Shown here one piece after another: positions 1-10,500 of a stretch of 64,000 nt of DNA. The number at the start of each line of letters is the position of its first letter. Within the stretch, counting starts at the first letter, position 1. The notes under the pieces were generated by a model. The model did no database searches, was not told where the DNA came from, and worked only from the letters and a program-made list of their open reading frames with translations. The translations under genes and the position numbers were made by a program. The DNA is from an uncultured Bacteroidales bacterium (GTDB lineage: Bacteria > Bacteroidota > Bacteroidia > Bacteroidales > JAAYJT01): NCBI GenBank assembly GCA_964419945.1, contig CAYQRU010000001.1:29441-93440 (forward strand), read 5' to 3'.

Positions 1-1
1 T

Positions 2-3000
2 TCGTTGTTAGGAGTCAATTCCACAGTACTTGGCGTTGAGCAGGACACTGATAACATCTATTTGGGTGGTTCATTTTCCGGTGCCCAGGGGTTGCAGGCA
101 CGATATGGTGCGCTTTTGGGAACTTCAGACGATAATCCTGCAATGGACTTTCCAACATTCAACAGCACAGTATACGCCAGTATCCCTGACGGTGCAGGCG
201 GATGGTATGTGTCAGGGAGTTTCAGTGGAGTGGGTGGAAAAAATTATTTACTTCGTATTCTTGCCGATAATACTATTGACCCGAACTTCAGTCCTGCGCC
301 CAATAATGTTGTTTATACGCTCCACCTTGACGGCAGTGTGCTATATGTTAGCGGACACTTTTCTCAGATAGGCGGACAACCCCGGCAATCACTCGCAGCT
401 TTAAATGCTTCAACAGGTGCTGCTTTAGCCTGGAATCCCGGCGCAAACAATTATGCCAATTCCATTATCACCGACGATGATAACCTCTTTGTTGGTGGCG
501 CCTTTACTGTTATTGCCGGACAGTCACGGAATTATCTTGCTGCATTTGACAAGGCAACCGGCAATATTACTTCCTGGAATCCGGCACCTAACAGTACGGT
601 TCTTAGGCTTACGCACAGTGGAACTATCGTCTATGCCGTTGGCTCTTTTACCAATATAGGCGGCGAAAACAGAAATTATATCGCTGCATTGGAAAAATCG
701 GGTGGTTCAGCAACTTCCTGGAATCCAAATGCAAATTCCTGGGTGTATGATATTTTGCTGGATGGTGCAAATGCCTATGTTGTTGGTAGTTTCAGTCAGA
801 TTAATAGTCAGGCGAGAAATCGGATCGCTCAGATAAGTCTAAGCACCGGAGTTCCAACTTCATTCAATCCCGATGCCAGTTCCACTGTGCACAACATCCG
901 CAAATCTGGTTCTACGCTCTTTGTGGCGGGAGAATTCACCACTGTTGGAGGCCAAAGCCGTAACTATCTTGCTGCCCTCGATGCTGCAAGTGGAGCCGTG
1001 CTAAGTTGGAATCCTGCTGCCAATTCTTCTGTTTACACCTTAGCATTAAGTGGAACAAAATTATTTGCCGGCGGTAATTTTACTTACATGAAATTTACTA
1101 ACCGAAATTATGTGCTTGCTATTTCCAAAGCTAACGGACAAATTACACCCTGGAACCCCTCAGCTAACAGTACCGTTTACACTATATTCCCTGATGGTAG
1201 CAACGCATATATTGGAGGCTTCTTTTCAGTTATTGGTGGTGAAACACGTAACAGGCTTGCACAAGTTAGTCTGAGTACCGGAACAGCAACTGCCTGGAAT
1301 CCAGGCGCAAGCAATACAATTTACCAATTTGTCAAATCAGGTTCAACATTATATGTAGCAGGTGAGTTTACAACCATTGCCGGAGAATCACGTAATTATA
1401 TGGCTGCTTTGGATGCATCCACTGGCAATGCACTTGCATGGAATCCACAGCCCAACGCTTCGGTTTACACCATAACAGTTCAGGGAACCAAGATATTTGC
1501 CGGCGGTGCTTTCACTTTTATGAAAGCTTTGAACCGAAACTTTTTGTTAGCTATTGCCAAAACTACCGGAAACATCACACCCTGGAACCCTTCACCCAAC
1601 GGCACAGTGCACGGTATCTTTCCTGATGGCGGCAATGCATATATTGGCGGAAACTTTTCTATGGTTGGCAGCGATTCACGAAGCCGGATTGCCCAGGTTA
1701 GCCTGAGTACTGGAGTGGCTACCACATGGAATCCGGGTGCTAATAGTACTGTCTACAAATTTGCCAAATCGGGTTCTACCATATATGCTGCCGGCGAATT
1801 TACCTCTATTTCCGGAGAACCACGCAATTACATAGCTGCCCTCGATGTAACCAGCGGCAATGCACTTTCCTGGAATCCACAACCCAACTCATCAGTTTAT
1901 ACCGTATCACTTCAAAGTAATAATGTATTTATGGGTGGGAATTTTACTTACATGAAATTTGTCAGCCGCAGTTTCATCCTCGCTGTTTCCAAGTCAACCG
2001 GATATTTCACATCGTGGAACCCCACGGCCAACGGAACCGTATTCGCTTTGCTGTGTAATGGCAGTAATATCTATGCAGGTGGTAATTTTACCAATATTGG
2101 CGGCCAGAACCGAAACCGAATAGCAGAACTCAGCCTGATTACCGGTAATGCATCGTCATGGAATCCTGATGCAAACAACACAGTGTACGCAATTGCTAAA
2201 AATGGAAGTACTATATATGCTGGTGGCTGGTTTACCAATATAGGTGGACAGCCGCGTAACTATTTAGCTGCTATTGATAACAATGGATCCAGCCTGCCAT
2301 GGAATCCCAAACCTAACAGTGTGGTTTACCAGATTAGAATTTCGGGCAATAATGTAGTTGTTGGGGGCAATTTCAACTTTATTAATGCGACATCAAGAAG
2401 CAACCTGCTGGCAATTTCAAAAGCGAGCGGCGAGGTTACACCGTGGAACCCTGCTCCCAACTCAACAGTAGTCACAATGAAGCTCAACGGAAGTAATTTG
2501 TATATTGGTGGTTCATTCTCTGTTGTAGGTGGACAATCAAGGTCAAGCATTGCAGAGATAAGTTTAAGTACAGGTAATGCTACTGCATGGAACCCGGGTG
2601 CCAATTCAACCGTGAATTCAATTGATCATTACAATGGTACAGTTTATGCCGGTGGAACTTTTACAAGTATCGGAGGAGAGCCGCGTAACTACCTCGCCGC
2701 CCTCGACGGTATCAGTGGTAGTGCACTCGCCTGGAATCCGGCACCCAACTTTTGGATCAGGAAAATCTATATTGATGAAAACACGCTCTATGTCGGTGGC
2801 GACTTTACTTTAATTGGAGGAGAGACCAGGAGAAGGTTGGCTTCTTTTAGCCTGCCTTCAGAAACACTTACAGCATGGGATCCCAACGTAAATAATACAG
2901 TATTTGACATATTCTCAACGGCTACAACACTTTACATCTCTGGCTCCTTCAGTCAGGTTTCAGACGAAGAAAGAGGGCGTGCAGCTTCTTTTAATAAAAG

Positions 3001-4141
3001 CTCAGGTGTATTAAGTGATTGGAATCCAATGGCTAACAACAGCATTTACAGTATCGTTAAGAAAGGCAAGCTGTTGTTTATGGCAGGAAACTTCAGCAAC
3101 ATTGGTGGTAATCCTGCCGGAGGTTTTGCATCCATAAACCTCAACACCATGGAGTTTATACCCTTTTTCCCGGTTGCCAACAACATAGTCTATTCTGTGC
3201 TTCCCTCCGGTAAGCTGGTTTATCTTGGCGGTGCATTCTCTGTGATTGGTGGTGTTCCCCTGAATGGGCTTGCAACAATTTCTTACACCAATGATTTACT
3301 CATGCCCGATGTGGAAGACTATAATCCAAAACTTGCTGCGAATAATGGAACGGCTGCGGTAACAATCCTCGGCAATGGATTCCTGGGTGCTGTTACTGTG
3401 AAACTAACCAAAAACGGCGAGGCTGACATACCCATGCAAAATATTGTCATTATGGACGGTATTAAAATTGAAGGAACTTTCAATATCAATGGTGCTGCTT
3501 TAGGCTTGTGGGATATTGTAATTGAAGTTCCTGGCTTCGGTCTCGTTACCTCCTGTGCGCATGGCTGTACGTTCAGAGTCATTGCTCCGGGTTTTCCCTT
3601 GAACCTGCCGGTTCAAAACATCACCATGAACAGCCCCGACAACGAATGTTTTGCAGCCCTTGAAACCATTACCATTGCCGGGAGCGGAACCACAGTAATC
3701 GTAAACTCAGGAGCCAGCGCTGAGTTTGTTGCCTATAACAGTGTTACTGCCAAACCTGGCGCCCATTTCAGATCAGGTTCCAATGTTCTGATGCGCATCG
3801 AAACGGTGCATTACTTCTGTTTCAACGATGATTCGGAACTGCAAGCAACAGAACTCGTCGAAGAGCAAAAGCCTGATCCTGATTTTATTGATGACAATGA
3901 GGATTTCTTGTTCAGAGTATTTCCGAATCCTACCTCAGCAAGGTTTAATCTTGAATTTGCTGAACCAATTGAAAAAGTAAGCGTTGAAATATTCAATCTG
4001 CTGGGCAACCGTATTGCTTCATGGGAGTTATCAGGTTCAAACATCTATGAACTTGACATGCAATCTCAACCCAACGGTATTTATTTCATCAGAATTTCTG
4101 ATGGAAGCTCGGGCAGGATGGAAAAGCTTATAAAAGACTGA
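2..4141 (+). CDS. Secreted beta-propeller-type repeat protein. It has at least 20 units of ~48 aa (possibly DUF5122/delta-60-like), an IPT/Ig-like segment, a ~70-aa pre-CTD module and a type-A T9SS C-terminal sorting domain. The 5' end lies outside the window.
   Basis: The frame is open from the window edge with no upstream stop, so the N-terminus is missing. The unit WNPxxNxxVY...GxxxYxGGxFxxIGGxxRN recurs with a 144-nt period. The C-terminus FRVFPNPTSARFNLEF...GIYFIRISDG...KLIKD matches the Por/T9SS CTD pattern (TIGR04183 type). Confidence 0.85.
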   Translation, partial: SLLGVNSTVLGVEQDTDNIYLGGSFSGAQGLQARYGALLGTSDDNPAMDFPTFNSTVYASIPDGAGGWYVSGSFSGVGGKNYLLRILADNTIDPNFSPAPNNVVYTLHLDGSVLYVSGHFSQIGGQPRQSLAALNASTGAALAWNPGANNYANSIITDDDNLFVGGAFTVIAGQSRNYLAAFDKATGNITSWNPAPNSTVLRLTHSGTIVYAVGSFTNIGGENRNYIAALEKSGGSATSWNPNANSWVYDILLDGANAYVVGSFSQINSQARNRIAQISLSTGVPTSFNPDASSTVHNIRKSGSTLFVAGEFTTVGGQSRNYLAALDAASGAVLSWNPAANSSVYTLALSGTKLFAGGNFTYMKFTNRNYVLAISKANGQITPWNPSANSTVYTIFPDGSNAYIGGFFSVIGGETRNRLAQVSLSTGTATAWNPGASNTIYQFVKSGSTLYVAGEFTTIAGESRNYMAALDASTGNALAWNPQPNASVYTITVQGTKIFAGGAFTFMKALNRNFLLAIAKTTGNITPWNPSPNGTVHGIFPDGGNAYIGGNFSMVGSDSRSRIAQVSLSTGVATTWNPGANSTVYKFAKSGSTIYAAGEFTSISGEPRNYIAALDVTSGNALSWNPQPNSSVYTVSLQSNNVFMGGNFTYMKFVSRSFILAVSKSTGYFTSWNPTANGTVFALLCNGSNIYAGGNFTNIGGQNRNRIAELSLITGNASSWNPDANNTVYAIAKNGSTIYAGGWFTNIGGQPRNYLAAIDNNGSSLPWNPKPNSVVYQIRISGNNVVVGGNFNFINATSRSNLLAISKASGEVTPWNPAPNSTVVTMKLNGSNLYIGGSFSVVGGQSRSSIAEISLSTGNATAWNPGANSTVNSIDHYNGTVYAGGTFTSIGGEPRNYLAALDGISGSALAWNPAPNFWIRKIYIDENTLYVGGDFTLIGGETRRRLASFSLPSETLTAWDPNVNNTVFDIFSTATTLYISGSFSQVSDEERGRAASFNKSSGVLSDWNPMANNSIYSIVKKGKLLFMAGNFSNIGGNPAGGFASINLNTMEFIPFFPVANNIVYSVLPSGKLVYLGGAFSVIGGVPLNGLATISYTNDLLMPDVEDYNPKLAANNGTAAVTILGNGFLGAVTVKLTKNGEADIPMQNIVIMDGIKIEGTFNINGAALGLWDIVIEVPGFGLVTSCAHGCTFRVIAPGFPLNLPVQNITMNSPDNECFAALETITIAGSGTTVIVNSGASAEFVAYNSVTAKPGAHFRSGSNVLMRIETVHYFCFNDDSELQATELVEEQKPDPDFIDDNEDFLFRVFPNPTSARFNLEFAEPIEKVSVEIFNLLGNRIASWELSGSNIYELDMQSQPNGIYFIRISDGSSGRMEKLIKD
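815..2827 (+). repeat. Higher-order coding repeat. Three distinguishable 48-aa units form a 144-aa (432-nt) super-unit, present in ~4.7 copies.
   Basis: The type-1 unit head (RNRIAQISLSTG / RNRLAQVSLSTG / SRSRIAQVSLSTG / RNRIAELSLITG / RSSIAEISLSTG) starts at 815, 1247, 1679, 2111 and 2540. The spacings are 432, 432, 432 and 429 nt. Type-2 (RNYxAALDxxSG) and type-3 (RNxxLAISKxxG) units interleave in fixed order. Confidence 0.85.
3905..4138 (+). other. Type-A T9SS C-terminal sorting domain (CTD) of the repeat protein.
   Basis: FLFRVFPNPTSARFNLEFAEPIEKVSVEIFNLLGNRI...NGIYFIRISDGSSGRMEKLIKD. Confidence 0.85.
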
Positions 4142-4568
4142 ACGATTCTAATATTTTTCAGTGTTAATCAGTGATCTCGAAATGCAGTCAATTAATCAGT
4201 TTCAGGGTGATAACTATATACCTGACATGATACAATATCATATGCTATCAATTGACTGAGCTTTTCCTGTACTTAAAATTGAAGTCAATTTTACCGTTTG
4301 AAACTTATTTTTAATTCTTCCTATGCGGATGGTAAACTAGATAGTGAACCACCCGCCTTTTTGTTATTTGTTAACGAAATGTTAAATTTTTCAGCAGGCT
4401 CAAAATGAAATTACCCCTATACATTGAATATCAGCTTTTTAATATTTTGTTTTAAAAATTATTTAGAAACATTATTAATAACCTATTGTTTACGGCGGTA
4501 TGGTTTAATTACAGGTATTATCACCCCCTTAGTTCTACCGTTTGTCTAACCAAAAAACAAAATCTGTT

Positions 4569-7500
4569 ATGCGGAATCTTTCTACACGTCAATTCGCGCT
4601 AACTGCAGTTATTGCTGCTTTTACAACAATTTTTAGCGCAGGCAACATTTTTAGTCAAACCCCGGTTGCCCATTATCCTTTCAGCGGAAACGCCAACGAT
4701 GCAGTGGGCAGCAACCACGGCACAGTAAATGGCGCCACCCTCACCACCGACCGCTTTGGCAATGCCAATAATGCGTATAGCTTTGATGGGGTGGATGATT
4801 TTATTGGACTGGATTACAATTTTGGACCATTTACCGAATTAACAGTTTCGGCATGGTATAAAGTAACCGCCACTTCGCCTGATTTGCAGGCCATCGTTTC
4901 CAGTGATCATACGGCGAAGCTACTGCACATTCAAATATCAACTTCAGGAGATGTAGATAATGCAATTTATTTCAATCCGGGCCCGGGTAATTTGCTATTA
5001 AACCATCCGCAGCCCGCATTAAACCAATGGAGGCAAGTTACCATTACATCAAAGTCTGGCGAATCAAAATTGTACATCAACGGTGTGTTGATTGACACGA
5101 AAAATGCAACCTTTACAAGCATTACCGCAGCCAATTTGCTGAGAATTGGCTCAGGCTATTTAAATGGCCGCTTTTTTAATGGCTCTATTGACGAAGTAAA
5201 AATCTACAACACAGCCCTAACGGCTGCACAGGTATTGGCAGAGTATAATGCTACCAGCAACAATGGCCTAGTTGCCCATTACCCCTTTACCGGCAATGCC
5301 AACGATGCCGTGGGCACCAACCACGGCACGGTAAATGGCGCCACCCTCACCGCGGACAGGTTTGGCAATGCTAACAGTGCGTATAGCTTTGATGGGGTGG
5401 ATGATAATATCAACATTAATCATAGCGAAGTTTTCAATTTCAGCAGTTACACGGTTTCCTTGTGGTTTAAATACAATGCCCCGGGAACTGCCGGAAAGGT
5501 TTATTGGTCGCTTATTTCGAAGAATAGTATTGGAGATGGCTATCAGGATGCGATTCACCTGTGGATTACAGAGAGTACTAAACAAACAGGTGGAAGAATT
5601 GGTGGTGGCGGCTCTTACGAAGTTACTTTTGGTTCTCCACCTGCGGTAAACGATGGCAGTTGGCACCAAACAACCGTTGTTTGTGATAACGCTAATGATG
5701 AAATCCGCCAATATTTAGATGGCATACTTATTTCAACCTCGCCTTTTACCGGCAATCCATTTAACAATAGTGCAAGCATTAAACTTGGCTTTTGGGAGGC
5801 TTATAATAATTTTTTTAATGGGGCAATAGATGAGGTCAAACTCTATAATACTGCCCTGACAGATGCACAGGTTAAAAGTGAATATAATGCAAGTCTGGGG
5901 CTGGTAGCCTACTACCCCTTTACCGGCAATGCCAACGATGCCATAGGCAGCAACCACGGCACGGTAAATGGCGCCACCCTTACCACCGACCGCTTTGGCA
6001 ATGCCAACAGCGCTTATAGTTTTGATGGGGTGGATGATTTTATAAATCTTGGCAACTCGTCAACGTTCCAGTTTGCCAATCAGGTTACGGTTAGTGCTTG
6101 GTTTAAAACTACTTTGACAAGTGGCAACTTTAAAACCCTGGTTAGCAAGTGGTTTAGTGGAGGCACCACCCCCAATGGCGGCACCTTCAGCCTTAGCTAT
6201 GAAACCAACGGGTTGCGGGTGATGCTGCAAAACCAGTCAGGGCAGAATTTAATAGCCCAAAGCAATGCCATGTGCAACGATGATGTTTGGCGCATGGCCA
6301 CATTTACATGGGATGGCACAAACCTGCGTTTATTTATCAACGGGGCGCAAGTGGCAATCAACACTAATGCAGCGTTCGGCCCGCCGGAACTCAATAACCG
6401 CGATGTCATTATTGGTTCTGACACGCGATTTTCTCCCGGAACAGGCGACAGGCACTTTCCCGGTAGCCTGGATGATGTAAAATTCTACAACACAGCATTA
6501 AGCCCAACAGAGGTTTTAATCGAGTATTTGAATTCCGCTCCGAACCTGGCAAACTATGGCGAACAGTTCGGAAATATTGTTTACCTGAATGGAACCAACA
6601 ATTACATCAACTGCTCCGGCAATTCGCAAAACCTTACTGATGCCCTTACCATAGAGGCCTGGATAAAAGTTCGTTCGCTGCCTGCTTCGGGCAAACTTTA
6701 TGAAATTGTAAGCAAGCGCAGCTATTTTGCCACATCCCATCAGGATTTCCCCGTTTCGTTGACGCTGGGTTCGTCAGGCAAAGTTGGTTTTAACCTTTCG
6801 AAAGGTGATGACTTTACCAGTGACCTGAGTTTGACATCAACAACCACTATTCAGCCTGATGTCTGGTATCATGTTGCAGCCTCTTACACCGCAAACGGGA
6901 CAGCACGCTTATTTGTCAATGGGGCACAGGAAGCCTCTGGTGATGCAACTTTTACCATCAGCAGCAACAACCAGCCCTGGGTAATTGGTCGAGCTTCGCA
7001 GGAAAATGGCGGCGGCGCCAATGCAACCTATTTTAAAGGCCATCTCGATGAAATTCGCCTCTGGAGTGCTGCCCGCACCCAGGAGGAGATTATCGCCCAT
7101 ATGAACAGCCAGCTTGCCGGCAATGAAACAGGCCTGATTGGCTACTGGGACATGAACCGCAACGGTCAGGGCGCCGGTTTGACTGTCGAAAACAAAGCAA
7201 CTGCCACCGGTTCAGCGATGAACGGAACCACATTCGGTGATGCTTCCACACCGGTATTTTCCGTTGGATCAGATCAAACCAAACCCGGCAGCGGCAACGC
7301 CATCAGTTTCGATGGGGTGAATGACAGGGTATTAACGTCCCAGCAAACCCAGGCAAAGAACAATTTTACGATGGAGGCCTGGGTAAAACCTACCGGAACC
7401 ACTACATTGCATGCCCAAAGTACATCTGGAACAAGTGGTGTGGGAGGAACCAACCGTTACCTGATTTTTCCGGGGCAATATGGCTCAGATGCGGGATCGG

Positions 7501-10500
7501 GATTTACAGTCGGAACCAATGGTGTTTGCGTTTTGGAGCACGGTCCCAATTATTTGCCTTCGCTATTGACATGGTCGGGAAGCATTTCGGGCTGGACACA
7601 TATTGCCATAGTCTATACCAATAAACAGCCGTCTTTGTATGTGAATGGAATCCATGTGGCCACCGGGTTGCAGAGCATCAGGCCTAATGTTTATCCAACC
7701 AACTATATCATCGGTGGCGATGCTTACGGGTATTTTTTGGGTGAAGCAGATGAAATCCGCATCTGGGATTATCCGATGACTGAAGAAGATATCCGCGACA
7801 GGATGTGCCGCAAAATCACAGCATCCGATCCCAAATTCAGCAGCCTGGTTTCTTACTTCAACTTTGATGAGAGTGAAGGCGTAATAGCTTTCGACCTTAG
7901 TGGTAAAGGGTTTGATGCTACATTAACCAACGGACCAACCAGGATTGCAAGTGGCGCGCACATTGGTAATCAGAGCGTTCACAGTTATGTAAGCTCAGGT
8001 TTGCCAACAGCAAGTCTTAGCTACACGAATCAGGACAACCTTTCAGTTAGCTACACTTTTGGTTCATACACCGGGCAGGCCGGTACACATGTATATTATG
8101 TAAACGCAAAACCCACATCAGAAGCCGGTATTCCCAACGTAGGAACCAACGACCGGTATTTTGGGGTGTTTAGCGCCGGAATAAGTAACCCTGCTTACAC
8201 AGCCACCTACAACTACGATGGAAATCCTTATGTTACCGGCAGCAATGAGCCGCTGCTGAAACTTTTCAAGCGCGGCAGCAATGCTGAGGAGGCCTGGGTA
8301 TCCGCACAAGCCAGCCTTGATATTGGTTCCAAGACGCTGACCGCCACAGGACAAAGTACCGAATATATGCTCGGCGCTTCGATGGACGATTTCCTTGCCG
8401 CCTGGTATCCAATGGATGGTAATGCCCTTGATTCGATCGGATCTAACCATGGTACGATCAATGGAGCAACCCCAACAACCGATCGGTTTGGCAATCCCAA
8501 CAAAGCCTTTTTGTTTGATGGGGTGAGCAACAGAATCAGTTTTTCCTCTCCGTGGACAACGCTGACCAACAATTACTCATTTTCAGCCTGGGTAAAACCT
8601 TCGGGGGATGGAGGTTATATATTGATTAACGGGCAAAACAGCTATCCCGCCCCTCCTCCGGCTCCATTTAACGGAACAAGTATGGGAGTTAACAATGAGC
8701 GTCGTCTTTTTGGCGATCACAGTGGAGTGGCGAATTTCACTTCAAATCCTGTTGTTTCAGACCAGGATTGGAATTGGTTGGTTTTTGTGCGTGAAAATGG
8801 CGTTTCCAAACTCTATATCAATGGAATTTTGCAGCCTAATACCAGCAACAGCGCCCCCAACACTCCGGCTGGTGGCGCATTTATTGGGGCGCTCACTAAT
8901 TCACTTGGTTTCTTTAGTGGCGCCATTGATGACGTAAAAATCTACAACAAAGCCCTGACGCTCACTGAAATTCAGCAGGAAATGGAGCAATTTGTGGTGG
9001 ATTCCAGGTTTGGAAATCATGTAAAAATGAATGGCAACAACGATTTTATCAACTGCAGCAGCGACCCGGCACTGAACATCACCGGGGCATTAACAGTAGA
9101 AGCCTGGGTTCGTCCATCTTCTTTTACCACAGTAAATCAGATTCTTCAAAAAGGTGGAACTGTAGGAACGCAGATTGACCGCGAAGGCTATCAACTCAGA
9201 TTTGATGGGGGCACTTCACTCGGTTTTACGGTATCCAATGCAGGCAGCCAGGACGGTATTGGTATGAATGTGCAGCCCGGCGACCTGAATCGCTGGATGC
9301 ATGTGGCTGCCACTTACGATGGCAGCACCATCAAGATATACCGCAACGGACAACTGGCTAACCAGAAGAATACTTCTCTGGTTATCTCACACAACAGCAA
9401 TCCTTTGCTAATTGGTAAACGGCAGGATTCCTGGCACTTCAATGGAGACATTGACGAAGTAAGGATCTGGAATGTTGCCAGGACGAAGGTAGAAATCCTG
9501 AACAGTTTATCAGAGCAGCTCAATGGTGATGAGACCGGTTTGGTGGGATATTGGGATATGAACCGCGAAGGACAGGGGCAGGGACTGGTTGTGGAGAACA
9601 AAGCATTGGCCACTGGCAGCGCTTTGAACGGAACTACCAATGGCACTGCTTCAACTCCCGTCTTCAGGATGACCGAAGAAGGCGATCCCGGAGTTATCGG
9701 AGGTAATCAATCCATCTGTCAAACATCGGTTCCTGCCATGCTGACCAATGTTTCATCTGCCGTAAGTAATGGAACTTACCCTGTTTTTTATCAATGGCAT
9801 GACAGCATCAGCAACGGTAACTGGAATTCGATCCCGGGTGCAGTAAACGCAACCCATCAACCGGCCTTGCTCAGCCAAACGACTCATTTCAGAAGGGAGG
9901 CCTCCATTGGCGATTTTGTCGGATTCAGCAATGTTGTTACGGTTGATGTGATTCAGATTACCGGTAATCCCGAAGAATTTCCGCAGGAGGAATGGAACAT
10001 TTATGCTTACAATGGGGCTATCCTGAATTTAACAGGACTAACCTATCGTGGTTACTATTCAGCCAGCACGGTGAATATTGATACCCGAAATCACTGGGAT
10101 CAGAATGCTTCGCCTTCGCAGGCTGCCGGTTACGAGGGCTGTTCAGTGCCCAACGATAATTTTACCTTTGTAATGAAACGCCGCGGTTTCCCAGAGGGGC
10201 AATATGTAATCAATATTCCGGGGCACGATGACAATATCAGGATTTATGTGAATGGTATCCAGGTGTTCGAGTACAACGGATGTTGCGTTAGTCATAGCAA
10301 TATCACCGCAGGAACTTTGGATGAAAACTCGACCGTTGAGGTCAGAGTAATTGAAGGCGGTGGCGGTGCTTATGCCGCTATAAATTTTGTTCAGACCTCA
10401 CTGCAACCCGGTGTAATCGCCGGAAACCAGAACAGTTGCGGCAGTTTTACTCCTTCGTTGCTCACCAGCACCCAAAATGCCTACGGCGGAGAAACCCTGA

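Noticed and set aside
815-3300. The regular 144/432-nt periodicity as a CRISPR-like or satellite array.
   Set aside because: The periodic units are translated in one continuous frame as beta-propeller-type blades. There is no repeat-spacer organisation, no cas genes and no non-coding context.
4185-4258. The 9-bp inverted repeats as an invertible (phase-variable) promoter for the giant gene.
   Set aside because: The enclosed segment is only 56 nt and has no recognisable TAnnTTTG promoter inside. No site-specific recombinase gene is nearby. It is kept only as a low-interest structural note.
4542-4568. TTG at 4542 as the start of giant gene A, as given in the ORF track.
   Set aside because: The ATG at 4569 yields a canonical signal peptide (MRNLSTRQFALTAVIAAFTTIFSAGNIFSQ). 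The extra 9 residues (MSNQKTKSV) add nothing, so the TTG start is less likely but not excluded.
4665-8530. Diversity-generating retroelement (template/variable repeat) as the explanation for the near-identical LamG head segments.
   Set aside because: No reverse transcriptase or accessory gene is present in the window. The mismatches between copies are not confined to adenine positions. The repeats are all in-frame coding units of one gene.
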